In this document: piece after piece, positions 15,917-27,698 of the stretch | Layout of the letters: every line of letters begins with the position of its first letter | Numbering within the stretch: the first letter of the stretch is position 1 | Assembly: GCA_964618875.1 (NCBI GenBank) | Contig: CAZUBV010000001.1 | Coordinates: 1-27,698, forward strand | Reading direction: 5' to 3' | Length of the DNA: 27,698 nt | From: an uncultured Flavobacteriaceae bacterium | GTDB taxonomy: Bacteria > Bacteroidota > Bacteroidia > Flavobacteriales > Flavobacteriaceae | Notes under the pieces: generated by a model | The model's input: the letters and a program-made list of their open reading frames with translations, nothing else | Database searches by the model: none | Told to the model about the DNA's origin: nothing | Made by a program: the position numbers and the translations under genes

Positions 15917-15924
15917 CAAAATTA
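15917..15924 (-). promoter_or_regulatory. -7 box TAATTTTG (idi promoter)
   Basis: Exact TAnnTTTG match 4 nt before the idi ATG. Confidence 0.55.
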
Positions 15925-15973
15925 GTCAATTCTTTATCGGTAATACCCTCCGAATCCCACTTAAAATTATCCC

Positions 15974-15981
15974 TATTTTTG
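15974..15981 (+). promoter_or_regulatory. -7 box TATTTTTG (prfC promoter)
   Basis: Exact TAnnTTTG match 18 nt upstream of ATG 16000. Confidence 0.6.
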
Positions 15982-15999
15982 CCCTCCAGAAGCTAATCT

Positions 16000-17592
16000 A
16001 TGTCACTACAAAAAGAGATTCTAAGACGCCGAACCTTTGGGATCATTTCACATCCCGATGCAGGTAAAACAACCTTGACCGAGAAATTACTCCTTTTCGG
16101 AGGGGCTATTCAAGAAGCCGGAGCCGTTAAAAACAATAAAATAAAAAAATCGGCGACAAGTGACTTTATGGAGATCGAACGACAGCGAGGTATTTCTGTG
16201 GCAACATCGGTTCTCGCCTTCGAATACCGAGACATAAAAATCAATATTCTCGACACTCCAGGTCACAAAGATTTTGCTGAGGATACCTACCGAACACTGA
16301 CCGCCGTAGATAGCGTGATAGTCGTTATCGATGTGGCGAAGGGAGTCGAAGAACAGACCGAGAAATTAGTTTCTGTTTGTAGAATGCGGAATATCCCAAT
16401 GATTGTCTTCATCAACAAATTAGACAGAGAAGGGAAGGATGCTTTTGATTTGTTAGACGAGGTCGAACAGAAGTTAATGCTCAAAGTCAGTCCACTCAGC
16501 TTTCCTATAGGGATGGGATATGACTTTAAGGGAATCTATAATCGTTACGAAAAAAATGTCAATCTTTTTGACGGAAGCAGTAAAACACATATCACCGATA
16601 CGACCGCTATTAATGATATTGACAGTAATGAACTGGACACGCTAGTGGGATCAGCAGCGGCGAACACGCTACGTGAAAACCTTGAACTCGTTGAGGGTGT
16701 TTACCCTGCGTTTGACAGAGAAGCCTATCTGTCAGGCACACAACAACCGGTGTTTTTTGGATCGGCCTTAAATAACTTCGGGGTTCGAGAACTACTTGAC
16801 TGCTTTATTGATATCGCACCGAGCCCAAGGCCAAAAGCTGCAGAAGAACGCTTGGTACGGCCTGAAGAAAAGGAGTTCAGTGGATTTGTTTTTAAGATTC
16901 ACGCCAATATGGATCCAAAACACAGAGACCGTTTGGCCTTTATTAAGATTGTTTCAGGCACTTTTGAGCGAAACAAGCCCTATCTGCACGTTCGCCACAA
17001 AAAAAACTTAAAGTTCTCTAGTCCAAATGCGTTTTTCGCAGAAAAGAAAGAGATCGTAGATATTTCCTATCCAGGAGATATCGTGGGTCTTCACGATACC
17101 GGAAACTTTAAAATTGGCGATACCCTCACCTCTGGTGAATCCCTAAATTATCGAGGAATACCAAGCTTTTCACCTGAACACTTCCGCTATATTAACAATG
17201 CCGATCCAATGAAGGCAAAACAACTCTTCAAAGGTATCGACCAGTTAATGGACGAAGGTGTCGCACAGCTCTTTACCTTAGAGATTAATGGACGTAAAGT
17301 AATCGGAACCGTTGGAGCACTTCAATATGAAGTCATTCAATATCGACTAGAACATGAATACGGTGCAAAATGTACCTATGAAAACTTCCCAATACATAAA
17401 GCCTGTTGGATCGCTACAAAAACTCCAAATAGCGAAGAATTCAAGGAATTCAAACGGGTAAAGCAAAAATTTCTAGCTACCGATAAATCAGGCAAACTTG
17501 TGTTTTTGGCCGATTCTTCATTTTCGCTTCAAATGGCTCAGCAGAAATATCCAAGTATACAATTTCACTTCACCTCAGAATTTGAGGAATAA
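16000..17592 (+). CDS. prfC: Peptide chain release factor 3
   Basis: RRRTFGIISHPDAGKTTLTEKLLL, DFMEIERQRGISV, DTPGHKDF, NKLD and GALQYEVIQYRLEHEYG motifs; 530 aa. Confidence 0.98.
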   Translation: MSLQKEILRRRTFGIISHPDAGKTTLTEKLLLFGGAIQEAGAVKNNKIKKSATSDFMEIERQRGISVATSVLAFEYRDIKINILDTPGHKDFAEDTYRTLTAVDSVIVVIDVAKGVEEQTEKLVSVCRMRNIPMIVFINKLDREGKDAFDLLDEVEQKLMLKVSPLSFPIGMGYDFKGIYNRYEKNVNLFDGSSKTHITDTTAINDIDSNELDTLVGSAAANTLRENLELVEGVYPAFDREAYLSGTQQPVFFGSALNNFGVRELLDCFIDIAPSPRPKAAEERLVRPEEKEFSGFVFKIHANMDPKHRDRLAFIKIVSGTFERNKPYLHVRHKKNLKFSSPNAFFAEKKEIVDISYPGDIVGLHDTGNFKIGDTLTSGESLNYRGIPSFSPEHFRYINNADPMKAKQLFKGIDQLMDEGVAQLFTLEINGRKVIGTVGALQYEVIQYRLEHEYGAKCTYENFPIHKACWIATKTPNSEEFKEFKRVKQKFLATDKSGKLVFLADSSFSLQMAQQKYPSIQFHFTSEFEE

Positions 17593-17622
17593 AAAAAGGG
17601 CGCCTGTTAGGCGCCCTTTTTT
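17592..17622. terminator. Bidirectional intrinsic terminator shared by prfC and the rpoBC operon
   Basis: AAAAAAGGGCGCCT-GTT-AGGCGCCCTTTTTT. Confidence 0.92.
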
Positions 17623-17630
17623 CTTACTTG

Positions 17631-17933
17631 CTAAGCCTCTCCTATATTTCCAAAGCTAATAGGAATGGAAGGCTGTTGGTATTCTTTTATTTCACCATGA
17701 GAACTCTCGAAATTGTGAATGTTCGTTTGTAATGCCTTTACTAACTTTTTAGCGTGTTCTGGTGTAAGAATGATACGACTTTTCACCTTTGCCTTAGGAG
17801 TAGCTGGCATAATACTCACAAAATCAATAACAAATTCAGAAGCCGAGTGATTGATAACCGCCAAGTTAGAATAAATTCCCTCGGCGGTTTTTTCATCAAT
17901 CTCTACATTTATACTCTGGTCTTTTTCAGCCAT
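17631..17933 (-). CDS. DUF3467-family protein
   Basis: AEGIYSNLAVINHSASEFVIDF and KSRIILTPEHAK motifs; starts 3 nt after the rpoC stop. Confidence 0.8.
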   Translation of the reverse strand: MAEKDQSINVEIDEKTAEGIYSNLAVINHSASEFVIDFVSIMPATPKAKVKSRIILTPEHAKKLVKALQTNIHNFESSHGEIKEYQQPSIPISFGNIGEA

Positions 17934-17936
17934 TAG

Positions 17937-20900
17937 TTATGCTTTAAGCGCCTCTTCATCAACGAATGTATTGCGCTGGGTAGCTTCATACTCGTCTTTA
18001 GAACCTACGATGATATGATCGTAATCTCTGAGACCAGTACCTGCAGGAATCTTATGTCCAACAATTACGTTTTCTTTAAGTCCTTCTAATCCGTCAACCT
18101 TACCATTAACTGCAGCCTCATTAAGCACCTTCGTGGTTTCTTGGAACGATGCAGCAGAAATGAATGATTTGGTTTGAAGAGATGCTCTTGTAATACCTTG
18201 TAGTATAGGAGTTGCCGTTGCTGAAATAGCCTCTCGAGCAGAAACTAGGGTCTTATCTTGACGCTTAAGTAGAGAATTTTCATCTCTTAACTGGCGTACT
18301 GTAACTAATTGACCTGGTTTCAGATTTTCAGAGTCACCGGCATCTTCAACGACTTTCATTCCAAATATTGCATCATTCTCTTTGATGAACTCGTCTTTAT
18401 GAACAAGCTGTCCTTCAAGGAATAAGGTATCACCCGCATCAACAATCTCAACTTTACGCATCATTTGGCGAACAACCACTTCAAAGTGTTTATCATTGAT
18501 TTTCACTCCTTGTAGTCGATATACCTCTTGAATTTCGTTTACAAGATACTGTTGAACGGCAGATGGTCCTTTGATAGATAGAATATCATCAGGAGTAATC
18601 GACCCGTCCGATAGTGGCATACCCGCCTTTACGTAGTCATTTTCTTGAACTAGAATCTGGTTCGATAATTTCACTAAATATCTTCGAACGTCGCCTAATT
18701 TCGACTCAACGACAATCTCTCGATTACCTCGTTTGATCTTACCAAAAGATACCACACCATCGATCTCAGAAACTACGGCAGGGTTTGAAGGATTTCTAGC
18801 TTCGAAAAGCTCCGTTACTCGTGGTAAACCTCCAGTAATATCTCCTGCTTTTGCAGATTTACGTGGGATTTTCACAAGAATCTTACCTTCTTTAATTGCC
18901 TCAGCCTCATTTACCATAAGGTGTGAACCTACTGGAAGGTTGTACGATCTAAGAATATCACCTTTTTTATCTTTAATAAGAAGGGTTGGAATCAGTTTCT
19001 TATTTCTTGACTCAGAAATCACTTTTTCCTGGAAACCAGTTTGTTCGTCAATTTCTACCTGATAAGTAACACCTTGTTCGATATTCTCGTATGCAACAGA
19101 TCCGGTAAATTCAGAAATAATCACCCCATTGTAAGGATCCCACTGGCAAAGAACATCACCTTTTTTGACTTTAGCTCCGTTTTCAACAAAAACCTGAGCT
19201 CCATAAGGCAAGTTGTGGGTGCTAAGGATAGCTCCTGTCTTCGGTTCAACTAATTTAAATTCAGCAGTACGCGAAATAATAATGTTCGCCTTCTCACCTG
19301 CCGTGTTTTCACCTTGAACAACACGTAAGTCTTCAATTTCAGCGACACCATCAAATTTGGCGATTAATTGGCTTTCTTCGGAAACGTTACCCGCAATACC
19401 TCCAACGTGGAATGTTCTAAGAGTTAGCTGTGTTCCAGGCTCACCAATTGATTGAGCAGCAACTACACCAACTGACTCTCCGCGTTGAACCGGTTTATTT
19501 GTAGCTAGGTTACGTCCGTAACACTTCGCACAAATACCTTTTTCCGCTTCGCAAGTTAATGCTGAACGTACCTCAACTTTATCAATCGCAGTTGCCTCAA
19601 CAAGTTTAACGTGTTGACTTTCTATATGTTCACCAGCCGAAACGATTAATTCACCAGTTAATGGATCAAAAACATCATTAAGAGCTACTCGACCGAGAAT
19701 ACGTTCGCCTAAGGTTTCAACAACCTCTTCGTTTTTCTTTAGTGCTTGAACCTCAACACCTCGTAGGGTTTGACAATCTTCTACTGTAATAATAACGTCT
19801 TGAGCAACATCAACAAGTCTACGTGTAAGGTAACCAGCATCCGCAGTTTTAAGTGCGGTATCCGCAAGTCCTTTACGCGCACCGTGAGTTGAAATAAAGT
19901 ACTCAAGGATAGAAAGCCCTTCTTTAAAGTTTGAAAGAATTGGGTTTTCAATAATCTCACCACCACCAGCAGTTGATTTCTTAGGCTTAGCCATAAGTCC
20001 TCTCATACCCGTAAGCTGACGAATTTGTTCCTTCGATCCACGAGCCCCTGAATCAAGCATCATGTAAACCGAGTTAAATCCTTGTTTATCTTCACGGATG
20101 CGCTTCATGGCAAGCTCAGTAAGCATTGCATTGGTCGAAGTCCAAACATCAATTACCTGATTGTAGCGCTCGTTATTCGTAATAAGACCCATGTTATAGT
20201 TCGCCATAATACCGTCTACTTGAACATTGGCTTCGGCAATCATTTTAGTCTTTTCAGCAGGGATAATGATATCACCTAAACTGAAAGAAAGACCTCCTTT
20301 GAAAGCGAATTCATATCCCATTTCCTTGATCCGATCAAGAAATTCAGCGGTACGAGGAACATCAGTTACCTCAAGAATTCGTCCGATAATATCACGAAGC
20401 GCCTTTTTATTCAATACTTGATTGATAAATCCAGCTTCTTGCGGAACTACATTGTTAAACAATACTCTACCAACCGTAGTTTCAATAATCTGATATACCA
20501 ATTCCCCTGATTCGTTGAAATCCTTAACACGGATTTTTATAACCGCATTTAGGTTTACACGCTTTTCATTGAAGGCGATAACAACCTCTTCTGGAGAATA
20601 GAATGTAAGGCCTTCTCCAAGCACAGGTTCTTCAGGAGTTGAACGACGTTCTTTGGTCATATAATACAGACCTAAAACCATGTCTTGAGAAGGAACAGTA
20701 ATTGGAGATCCATTGGCCGGGTTCAAGATATTTTGTGAAGCCAGCATAAGTAGCTGTGATTCTAAAATAGCCTCTGGCCCTAGCGGCAAGTGAACAGCCA
20801 TTTGGTCACCATCGAAGTCAGCGTTAAATGCCGTACACGCTAGTGGGTGTAAACGAATCGCTTTTCCTTCAATTAACTTTGGTTGAAATGCCTGAATACC

Positions 20901-22244
20901 CAATCTGTGTAGGGTGGGAGCTCTGTTGAGTAATACGGGGTGGCCCTTGATCACATTCTCAAGAATATCCCAAACTACAGGCTCTTTTCTATCGATTATT
21001 TTCTTAGCAGATTTAACCGTTTTAACAATTCCACGCTCAATAAGCTTACGAATGATAAACGGCTTGTATAGTTCCGCAGCCATATCCTTTGGTAAACCAC
21101 ACTCAAAAAGTTTAAGATCTGGTCCAACAACGATTACTGAACGGGCCGAATAATCGACACGTTTTCCAAGTAAGTTTTGACGAAAACGACCTTGCTTACC
21201 CTTCAATGAATCTGAAAGAGACTTAAGCGGTCGATTAGATTCTGTTTTTACCGCAGAAGCTTTACGTGTATTATCAAATAATGAATCTACCGCTTCTTGA
21301 AGCATACGCTTCTCATTACGCAAAATGACCTCTGGGGCCTTGATCTCAATAAGTCGTTTTAGACGATTATTTCGAATAATTACCCTACGGTATAGATCAT
21401 TAAGATCGGAAGTTGCAAATCGACCCCCATCTAGCGGAACTAACGGACGAAGTTCTGGTGGAATCACCGGAACCACTTTCATAATCATCCACTCCGGCTT
21501 ATTCTCGCGGTTAGCTTGCGATTCTCTGAACGACTCCACTACTTGAAGTCTTTTGAGGGCCTCGGTTTTACGTTGCTTTGAAGTTTCGGTATTAGCCTTA
21601 TGTCGGAGTTCGTATGACAATGATTCAAGATCGATTCGTTGAAGCAAATCAACCAAACATTCAGCACCCATTTTAGCGATGAATTTGTTCGGATCAGAAT
21701 CATCTAGATACTGGTTTTCCGCTGGTAGTTCATCTACTATGTTAAGATATTCTTCCTCGGTAAGGAAATCTAGCATACGCAATTCTTCACCCTCAGGACC
21801 TTTTGCGATACCTGGTTGAATGACAACATAACGCTCATAATAAATGATCATGTCTAATTTCTTAGACGGAAGACCTAGTAAGTATCCTAATTTATTAGGT
21901 AACGACCTAAAATACCAAATGTGGGCAACCGGAACTACCAGACTAATATGTCCAACTCGATCACGACGAACTTTCTTCTCAGTAACCTCTACCCCACAAC
22001 GGTCACAAACGATTCCGCGGTAACGAATTCGCTTATACTTTCCACAAGCACATTCATAATCCTTTACAGGACCGAAGATACGCTCGCAGAACAGTCCATC
22101 TCGCTCTGGTTTGTGTGTTCGATAATTGATAGTTTCAGGCTTCAGCACCTCTCCTCTTGACGCTGCAAGAATAGATTCTGGCGAAGCGAGACCTATCGAA
22201 ATTTTATTAAATCGTTGCTCAGTTGTATCGTTAACTCTAGCCAT
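17937..22244 (-). CDS. rpoC: RNA polymerase beta' subunit
   Basis: Zinc finger CACGKY..CDRC, NADFDGD catalytic motif, [13 protein letters not shown]; 1435 aa, uninterrupted. Confidence 0.99.
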   Translation of the reverse strand: MARVNDTTEQRFNKISIGLASPESILAASRGEVLKPETINYRTHKPERDGLFCERIFGPVKDYECACGKYKRIRYRGIVCDRCGVEVTEKKVRRDRVGHISLVVPVAHIWYFRSLPNKLGYLLGLPSKKLDMIIYYERYVVIQPGIAKGPEGEELRMLDFLTEEEYLNIVDELPAENQYLDDSDPNKFIAKMGAECLVDLLQRIDLESLSYELRHKANTETSKQRKTEALKRLQVVESFRESQANRENKPEWMIMKVVPVIPPELRPLVPLDGGRFATSDLNDLYRRVIIRNNRLKRLIEIKAPEVILRNEKRMLQEAVDSLFDNTRKASAVKTESNRPLKSLSDSLKGKQGRFRQNLLGKRVDYSARSVIVVGPDLKLFECGLPKDMAAELYKPFIIRKLIERGIVKTVKSAKKIIDRKEPVVWDILENVIKGHPVLLNRAPTLHRLGIQAFQPKLIEGKAIRLHPLACTAFNADFDGDQMAVHLPLGPEAILESQLLMLASQNILNPANGSPITVPSQDMVLGLYYMTKERRSTPEEPVLGEGLTFYSPEEVVIAFNEKRVNLNAVIKIRVKDFNESGELVYQIIETTVGRVLFNNVVPQEAGFINQVLNKKALRDIIGRILEVTDVPRTAEFLDRIKEMGYEFAFKGGLSFSLGDIIIPAEKTKMIAEANVQVDGIMANYNMGLITNNERYNQVIDVWTSTNAMLTELAMKRIREDKQGFNSVYMMLDSGARGSKEQIRQLTGMRGLMAKPKKSTAGGGEIIENPILSNFKEGLSILEYFISTHGARKGLADTALKTADAGYLTRRLVDVAQDVIITVEDCQTLRGVEVQALKKNEEVVETLGERILGRVALNDVFDPLTGELIVSAGEHIESQHVKLVEATAIDKVEVRSALTCEAEKGICAKCYGRNLATNKPVQRGESVGVVAAQSIGEPGTQLTLRTFHVGGIAGNVSEESQLIAKFDGVAEIEDLRVVQGENTAGEKANIIISRTAEFKLVEPKTGAILSTHNLPYGAQVFVENGAKVKKGDVLCQWDPYNGVIISEFTGSVAYENIEQGVTYQVEIDEQTGFQEKVISESRNKKLIPTLLIKDKKGDILRSYNLPVGSHLMVNEAEAIKEGKILVKIPRKSAKAGDITGGLPRVTELFEARNPSNPAVVSEIDGVVSFGKIKRGNREIVVESKLGDVRRYLVKLSNQILVQENDYVKAGMPLSDGSITPDDILSIKGPSAVQQYLVNEIQEVYRLQGVKINDKHFEVVVRQMMRKVEIVDAGDTLFLEGQLVHKDEFIKENDAIFGMKVVEDAGDSENLKPGQLVTVRQLRDENSLLKRQDKTLVSAREAISATATPILQGITRASLQTKSFISAASFQETTKVLNEAAVNGKVDGLEGLKENVIVGHKIPAGTGLRDYDHIIVGSKDEYEATQRNTFVDEEALKA

Positions 22245-22278
22245 AATAACGTAAAGCTTGTTTAATTACTATTTAGAA

Positions 22279-25200
22279 TTATTCTTCGAGACGAATATCG
22301 AGTCCTAATCCTTTTAACTCGTGCATAAGCACGTTGAATGATTCAGGTAAACCAGGCTCTGGCATGGTCTCCCCTTTCACAATGGCCTCGTAGGTCTTAG
22401 CACGACCTACTACGTCATCCGATTTAACGGTTAAGATCTCACGAAGGGTAGAAGAAGCACCATATGCCTCAAGTGCCCATACTTCCATCTCTCCAAAACG
22501 CTGACCTCCAAACTGTGCCTTACCTCCAAGAGGTTGTTGGGTAATAAGCGAGTATGGACCGATTGAACGGGCATGCATCTTATCATCTACCATGTGGCCG
22601 AGTTTTAACATATAAATCACCCCTACAGTTGCAGGTTGATCGAAACGCTCTCCAGTACCACCATCATATAGATAGGTATGCCCATATAACGGAACACCAG
22701 CCTTAGCGGTTAGCTCATTAATTTGATCAATATTAGCCCCATCGAAAATCGGAGTGGCAAACTTTTGACCTAATTTTTGACCAGCCCATCCAAGAACGGT
22801 TTCATAAATCTGACCAATGTTCATACGAGAAGGTACACCCAGAGGGTTAAGTACGATATCTACAGGAGTACCATCTTCAAGGAAAGGCATGTCCTCATCT
22901 CTTACGATTCGAGCAACAATACCCTTATTTCCGTGACGACCTGCCATTTTATCACCAACCTTTAGCTTACGCTTCTTAGCAATGTATACTTTAGCCAATT
23001 TCATAATTCCGGCAGGTAATTCATCACCCACAGAAATAGTGAATTTATCACGTCTTAAATTACCCTGAAGATCATTCAATTTGATCTTGTAGTTATGAAG
23101 TACATCAGCAATTAAAGCATTAACTGGCTCATCTACCGTCCAGCTTCCACCTACAAGGTGAGCAAAATCCTCAACTGCATGTAGCATTTTAAGGGTATAC
23201 TTTTTGCCTTTTGGCAATACTTCTTCGCCAAGATCATTTAGAACTCCTTGTGAAGTTTTACCATTTACCAGTGTAAATAGCTTATCTACAAGACGATCTT
23301 TAAGCTGTTGGAATTTTACCTCGTACTCTAACTCTAGTGCTTGAATAGCATCTTTCTCTTCAGAGCGCTTGCGCTTGTCTTTAACACTTCTTGCAAAGAG
23401 TTTTTTATCAATTACTACACCTCGAAGTGAAGGAGAAGCTTTCAGCGATGCATCTTTCACATCACCAGCCTTGTCTCCAAAAATAGCTCGGAGCAGTTTC
23501 TCTTCTGGGGTTGGATCTGATTCTCCTTTCGGAGTGATCTTACCAATCAGAATGTCACCAGGTTTTACCTCGGCTCCAATGCGAATCATACCATTTTCAT
23601 CGAGATCCTTAGTGGCCTCTTCAGAAACATTTGGAATATCATTAGTAAGTTCTTCCGCACCTAATTTGGTATCACGAACCTCTAATGCATACTCATCTAC
23701 GTGAATCGAGGTAAATATATCTTCGCGGACCACGCGCTCAGAAATTACGATGGCATCTTCGAAGTTGTACCCTTTCCATGGCATAAACGCCACTTTCATG
23801 TTACGGCCTAGAGCCAATTCGCCTTTTTCTGTGGCGTAACCTTCACATAACACTTGACCTTTTTCAACACGATCTCCGCGCGAAACAATTGGCTTTAGGT
23901 TAATGCTTGATCCTTGGTTCGTTTTGCGGAATTTAATCAGCTTATATTCTTTAGAATCTTCATCGAAAGAAACTAAGCGTTCCTCCTCTGTCTTGTCGTA
24001 TTTAATTACGATACGTTCGGCATCTACATATTCAACAACCCCGTCACCCTCAGCGTTAATCAGCACGCGAGAATCTTTAGCCACTTGACGCTCTAGACCT
24101 GTACCCACAATCGGAGACTCTGGTCGAAGAAGTGGTACTGCCTGACGCATCATGTTTGATCCCATCAATGCACGGTTTGCATCATCATGCTCTAAGAACG
24201 GAATAAGCGAGGCCGAAATTGATGCAATCTGGTTTGGTGCAACGTCGGTATAGTGAATTTCTTCTGGCGAAACTACAGGGAAGTCACCTTCCATTCGAGC
24301 GATAACCTTATCGGTATCAATTGTACCATCCAATTTCATCGAGATGTTGGCTTGGGCAATTAGTTTTGCCTCTTCCTCCTCAGCACTCAGGTACGTAAAG
24401 CTCGATAGATTTACTTTACCATTCTCAACGGTACGGTAAGGGGTTTCAAGGAATCCCATAGCGTTTACCTTCGAAAACACAGACATTGACGAGATCAGAC
24501 CAATGTTCGGACCCTCTGGGGTTTCAATCGGGCATAATCTTCCGTAGTGCGTGTAGTGAACGTCACGAACTTCGAAACCAGCGCGTTCACGCGATAAACC
24601 TCCTGGTCCTAGAGCAGAGAGTCTTCTCTTGTGCGTGATTTCAGCCAATGGATTGGTTTGATCCATGAACTGAGAAAGCTGATTGGTACCGAAGAACGAA
24701 TTAATCACTGAAGACAAGGTCTTAGCGTTAATAAGATCAATAGGTGTAAACACCTCATTGTCACGTACGTTCATACGCTCACGAATGGTACGTGCCATAC
24801 GTGCTAAACCAACACCAAACTGCTGAGAGAGCTGTTCTCCAACGGTTCGTACACGTCTATTCGATAAGTGATCAATATCATCAATTTCAGCCTTAGAATT
24901 AATAAGTTCAATAAGGTATTTGATGATAGTTATAATGTCTTGCTTAGTTAGAACTTGCATATCCATCTCGATATCAAGGCCTAACTTCTTATTCATACGG
25001 TAACGACCAACTTCACCTAAATTGTAACGTTGATCTGAGAAGAAGAGCTTATCAATGATTCCACGAGCCGTTTCTTCATCAGGCGGTTCCGCGTTACGCA
25101 ACTGTCTGTAGATGTGCTCAACAGCCTCCTTTTCAGAGTTTGTTGGGTCTTTCTGTAGCGTATTGTGAATAATAGCATATTCAGCTTGTGCATTATTCTC

Positions 25201-26088
25201 TTTGTGAAGAAGAATAGTTTTCACATCTGCCTCAACGATCATGTCAAGGTGCTCTTTTTCAAGAACTGTGTCACGATCTAGAATAATCTCATTGCGCTCA
25301 ATAGATACAACTTCACCTGTATCTTCATCAACGAAATCTTCATGCCATGTGTTAAGCACACGAGCAGCTAGCTTTCGTCCCAATACTTTTTTAAGTCCCG
25401 TTTTACTAACTTTTACCTCTTCGGATAAATCGAAAATCTCTAAAATATCCTTATCGCGTTCGTATCCGATCGCTCTAAAAAGCGTAGTAACAGGTAATTT
25501 CTTTTTACGATCAATGTAGGCATACATAACCCCATTGATGTCCGTAGCAAATTCAATCCAAGATCCTTTGAAAGGAATAACTCGGGCTGAATATAATTTA
25601 GTTCCATTAGCATGGACCGATTGACCGAAGAAAACACCAGGAGAACGATGTAATTGCGAAACAATAACCCGTTCAGCTCCGTTTATAACAAACGTCCCGG
25701 ATGGAGTCATGTATGGGATAGTTCCTAGATAAACATCTTGAACAATCGTTTCAAAATCTTCATGCTCAGGATCGGTACAATACAATTTCAGACGTGCCTT
25801 TAAAGGAACGCTGTAAGTAAGGCCACGCTCAATACATTCTTGAATATTATATCGGGGAGGGTCTACGAAATAATCCAAAAACTCTAGAACGAACTGGTTT
25901 CTAGTATCAGTTATTGGAAAATTTTCCATGAAGGTGTTAAATAAACCTTCGTTGCCTCTAGCATCCGACTTAGTTTCTAATTGAAAAAAATCTTGAAAGG
26001 ATTTAATTTGAATATCTAGAAAATCCGGATAATCAGGAATGTTCTTTGCGGAGGCAAAATGTACTCTTTCGGTTTGTTTTGTAACCAT
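22279..26088 (-). CDS. rpoB: RNA polymerase beta subunit
   Basis: [34 protein letters not shown] and GGQRFGEME motifs; 1269 aa. Confidence 0.99.
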   Translation of the reverse strand: MVTKQTERVHFASAKNIPDYPDFLDIQIKSFQDFFQLETKSDARGNEGLFNTFMENFPITDTRNQFVLEFLDYFVDPPRYNIQECIERGLTYSVPLKARLKLYCTDPEHEDFETIVQDVYLGTIPYMTPSGTFVINGAERVIVSQLHRSPGVFFGQSVHANGTKLYSARVIPFKGSWIEFATDINGVMYAYIDRKKKLPVTTLFRAIGYERDKDILEIFDLSEEVKVSKTGLKKVLGRKLAARVLNTWHEDFVDEDTGEVVSIERNEIILDRDTVLEKEHLDMIVEADVKTILLHKENNAQAEYAIIHNTLQKDPTNSEKEAVEHIYRQLRNAEPPDEETARGIIDKLFFSDQRYNLGEVGRYRMNKKLGLDIEMDMQVLTKQDIITIIKYLIELINSKAEIDDIDHLSNRRVRTVGEQLSQQFGVGLARMARTIRERMNVRDNEVFTPIDLINAKTLSSVINSFFGTNQLSQFMDQTNPLAEITHKRRLSALGPGGLSRERAGFEVRDVHYTHYGRLCPIETPEGPNIGLISSMSVFSKVNAMGFLETPYRTVENGKVNLSSFTYLSAEEEEAKLIAQANISMKLDGTIDTDKVIARMEGDFPVVSPEEIHYTDVAPNQIASISASLIPFLEHDDANRALMGSNMMRQAVPLLRPESPIVGTGLERQVAKDSRVLINAEGDGVVEYVDAERIVIKYDKTEEERLVSFDEDSKEYKLIKFRKTNQGSSINLKPIVSRGDRVEKGQVLCEGYATEKGELALGRNMKVAFMPWKGYNFEDAIVISERVVREDIFTSIHVDEYALEVRDTKLGAEELTNDIPNVSEEATKDLDENGMIRIGAEVKPGDILIGKITPKGESDPTPEEKLLRAIFGDKAGDVKDASLKASPSLRGVVIDKKLFARSVKDKRKRSEEKDAIQALELEYEVKFQQLKDRLVDKLFTLVNGKTSQGVLNDLGEEVLPKGKKYTLKMLHAVEDFAHLVGGSWTVDEPVNALIADVLHNYKIKLNDLQGNLRRDKFTISVGDELPAGIMKLAKVYIAKKRKLKVGDKMAGRHGNKGIVARIVRDEDMPFLEDGTPVDIVLNPLGVPSRMNIGQIYETVLGWAGQKLGQKFATPIFDGANIDQINELTAKAGVPLYGHTYLYDGGTGERFDQPATVGVIYMLKLGHMVDDKMHARSIGPYSLITQQPLGGKAQFGGQRFGEMEVWALEAYGASSTLREILTVKSDDVVGRAKTYEAIVKGETMPEPGLPESFNVLMHELKGLGLDIRLEE

Positions 26089-26169
26089 CTAACGGACAAT
26101 TTATAGTCAAATAAAGTATGATTTTTAGGCCTACCTAACTAGGCCTGAACAACCAAGGTTGTTTTAAAC

Positions 26170-26212
26170 AGGCGAAGGTCTAACCAACTTAATGTTGGAA
26201 AGACCTTTGCCT
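26170..26212 (-). terminator. Long hairpin after rplL (possible attenuator/terminator or processing site before rpoB)
   Basis: Minus strand AGGCAAAGGTCT...CCAAC-ATTAA-GTTGG...AGACCTTCGCCT followed by only a short GTTT. Confidence 0.5.
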
Positions 26213-26229
26213 AATACGCTTAAAAAGAA

Positions 26230-26610
26230 CTACTTAAGTTCAACCTCAGCACCAGCCTCTTCTAAAGAGTTCTTGATACCTTCGGCCTCATCTTTAGAAA
26301 CGCCTTCTTTAACCGCTTTTGGAGCTCCGTCTACTACTTCTTTAGCTTCTTTTAGTCCAAGCCCAGTTAATTCCTTAACAAGCTTAACAACTGCAAGTTT
26401 AGAAGCACCAGCTGACTTAAGAATAACGTCAAAAGAAGTTTTCTCCTCAGCAGCAGCACCATCGCCACCACCTGCACCAGGAGCAGCAACAGCAACAGCT
26501 GCAGCAGCAGGCTCGATACCGTACTCTTCTTTAAGAATGTTAGCTAGTTCATTAACCTCTTTAACAGAAAGGTTAACCAATTGTTCTGCAAAATCTTTTA
26601 AATCTGCCAT
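26230..26610 (-). CDS. rplL: 50S ribosomal protein L7/L12
   Basis: LSVKEVNEL, Ala/Gly hinge, [24 protein letters not shown]. Confidence 0.98.
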   Translation of the reverse strand: MADLKDFAEQLVNLSVKEVNELANILKEEYGIEPAAAAVAVAAPGAGGGDGAAAEEKTSFDVILKSAGASKLAVVKLVKELTGLGLKEAKEVVDGAPKAVKEGVSKDEAEGIKNSLEEAGAEVELK

Positions 26611-26662
26611 TTTTCTATCGTTTAATAAAGTTTAAAAATATTGAGTATTGAGTGCGTACAAA

Positions 26663-27178
26663 TTATTTCTCAGAGAGTGTTTGCAGAATACCTGCAAGTT
26701 TACCTCCTCCTGACTTAAGACCCGAAATAACGTTCTTGGCAGGGCTCTGAAGAAGCGCAATAACATCAGCAATAAGCTCGTCTTTCGACTTGATACTTAC
26801 TAGAGAGTCTAATAAGTTATCGCCAATGTAAACCGACTCTTCAACAAAAGCTCCCTTAAGAACAGGCTTAGGAGATTTCTTTCTGAAATTTTTAATGAGT
26901 TTTGCAGGTCCGTTTCCGGTTTCTGCAATCATCATTGAGGTTTCCCCTTTAAGAATAGTAGTGAGCTCACCAAAATCCTTATCAGAGGCTTCCATTGCCT
27001 TTCTTAGCAATGTGTTTTTTACCACAGTAAGTGAAATGTTTGCCTTAAAGCAAGCACTTCTTAATTCTGCAGTAGCGGTAGCATCAAGTCCAGAGATATC
27101 AGTAAGATAAATCGTGGGACTAGAAGCCAACTTTTCTTTAAGTTGCTCTATTGCTAGTGCTTTTTCTTCTCTAGTCAT
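26663..27178 (-). CDS. rplJ: 50S ribosomal protein L10
   Basis: VVKNTLLRKA, LKGAFVEE and SKDELIADVIALLQSP motifs; position between rplA and rplL. Confidence 0.97.
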   Translation of the reverse strand: MTREEKALAIEQLKEKLASSPTIYLTDISGLDATATAELRSACFKANISLTVVKNTLLRKAMEASDKDFGELTTILKGETSMMIAETGNGPAKLIKNFRKKSPKPVLKGAFVEESVYIGDNLLDSLVSIKSKDELIADVIALLQSPAKNVISGLKSGGGKLAGILQTLSEK

Positions 27179-27199
27179 GTTGTAAGTTCTTTAAGGTAC

Positions 27200-27698
27200 T
27201 TAAATGGCTTTTGGGTCAAGTGGAACACTAGGACTCATAGTTGAAGAAAGGTGAACACTCTTCATGTAAACTCCTTTAGCTGCAGCAGGCTTCATTCTAT
27301 TCAACGTATCAAGAATCTCTTTTGCATTTGATGCGATCTTATCTGCATCGAAAGAAACCTTACCAATAGAAGCATGAACATTTCCGGCTTTATCAACTTT
27401 AAAGTCAATCTTACCCGCTTTAACTTCGGTAACAGCCTTAGCGACATCCATTGTTACGGTACCTGTCTTAGGGTTTGGCATAAGACCTCTTGGACCGAGT
27501 ACTCGACCTAAAGGACCTAATTTACCCATAACACTAGGCATAGTAATGATAACATCTACATCAGTCCAACCTGCCTTAATCTTATCGAGATACTCATCAA
27601 GACCTACATAATCAGCGCCAGCAGCTTTTGCTTCAGCTTCTTTATCCGGAGTGACAAGAGCAAGAACACGAACATCTTTACCTGTACCATGAGGAAGC
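27200..27698 (-). CDS. rplA: 50S ribosomal protein L1 (5' end outside the window)
   Basis: Frame is open to the window edge ([14 protein letters not shown]...[16 protein letters not shown]...[16 protein letters not shown]...SSTMSPS). Confidence 0.98.
   Translation of the reverse strand, partial: LPHGTGKDVRVLALVTPDKEAEAKAAGADYVGLDEYLDKIKAGWTDVDVIITMPSVMGKLGPLGRVLGPRGLMPNPKTGTVTMDVAKAVTEVKAGKIDFKVDKAGNVHASIGKVSFDADKIASNAKEILDTLNRMKPAAAKGVYMKSVHLSSTMSPSVPLDPKAI

Noticed and set aside
17937-26088. Inteins, introns or frameshifts in rpoB/rpoC
   Set aside because: Both frames are continuous, of normal length for the lineage, and have intact catalytic motifs.
26450-26512. GCA/GCC-rich low-complexity repeat
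   Set aside because: Encodes the normal Ala/Gly hinge of L7/L12.
26192-26635. 147-aa plus-strand ORF
   Set aside because: Antisense shadow of rplL; the Ser/Ala/Pro richness mirrors rplL codons.
26640-26653. Tandem ATTGAGT x2 between rplJ and rplL
   Set aside because: Only two 7-nt units; expected by chance, with no supporting structure.
27179-27199. Absence of an L10 leader between rplA and rplJ
   Set aside because: The 21-nt spacer cannot hold one; this is a layout difference from E. coli with no positive signal to report.
27200-27541. Apparently short 113-aa rplA
   Set aside because: ORF-finder artefact from an internal Met; the frame is open to the window edge.
1-27698. CRISPR arrays, tRNA/rRNA, IS elements, prophage or defence genes
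   Set aside because: No regularly spaced repeats, cloverleaf-like segments, or transposase, integrase or phage motifs; the intergenic gaps are too short for an array or rRNA.

Overview
Compact ~40% GC window from a Bacteroidota (most likely Flavobacteriaceae-like) chromosome, judged from the protein sequences, recurring TAnnTTTG '-7' promoter boxes and A-rich, Shine-Dalgarno-less start regions. The right half is core machinery: rplA (partial)-rplJ-rplL-rpoB-rpoC-DUF3467 on the minus strand, converging on prfC. The left half holds a 3'-truncated recR, an SSS symporter, a FabH paralogue, a TetR-like/ABC1(UbiB)-kinase pair, htpG, a small secreted protein, AraC-alkB-TIGR03643, an S1/P1 nuclease, DUF5916-DUF819-DUF4369, a hypothetical protein, a PTPS and idi. 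I found no rRNA, tRNA, CRISPR, transposase, integrase or intein. The best candidate for something undescribed is the 300-bp tetR-htpG intergenic region. It contains an unannotated ~100-nt minus-strand unit (promoter, 5' hairpin, U-rich single-stranded stretch, terminator, optional 29-aa ORF), two identically spaced inverted repeats at the two minus-strand promoters, and a sigma54-like box before htpG. The first ~54 nt look foreign and truncate recR. All family calls come from motif recognition by eye; no database searches were run.
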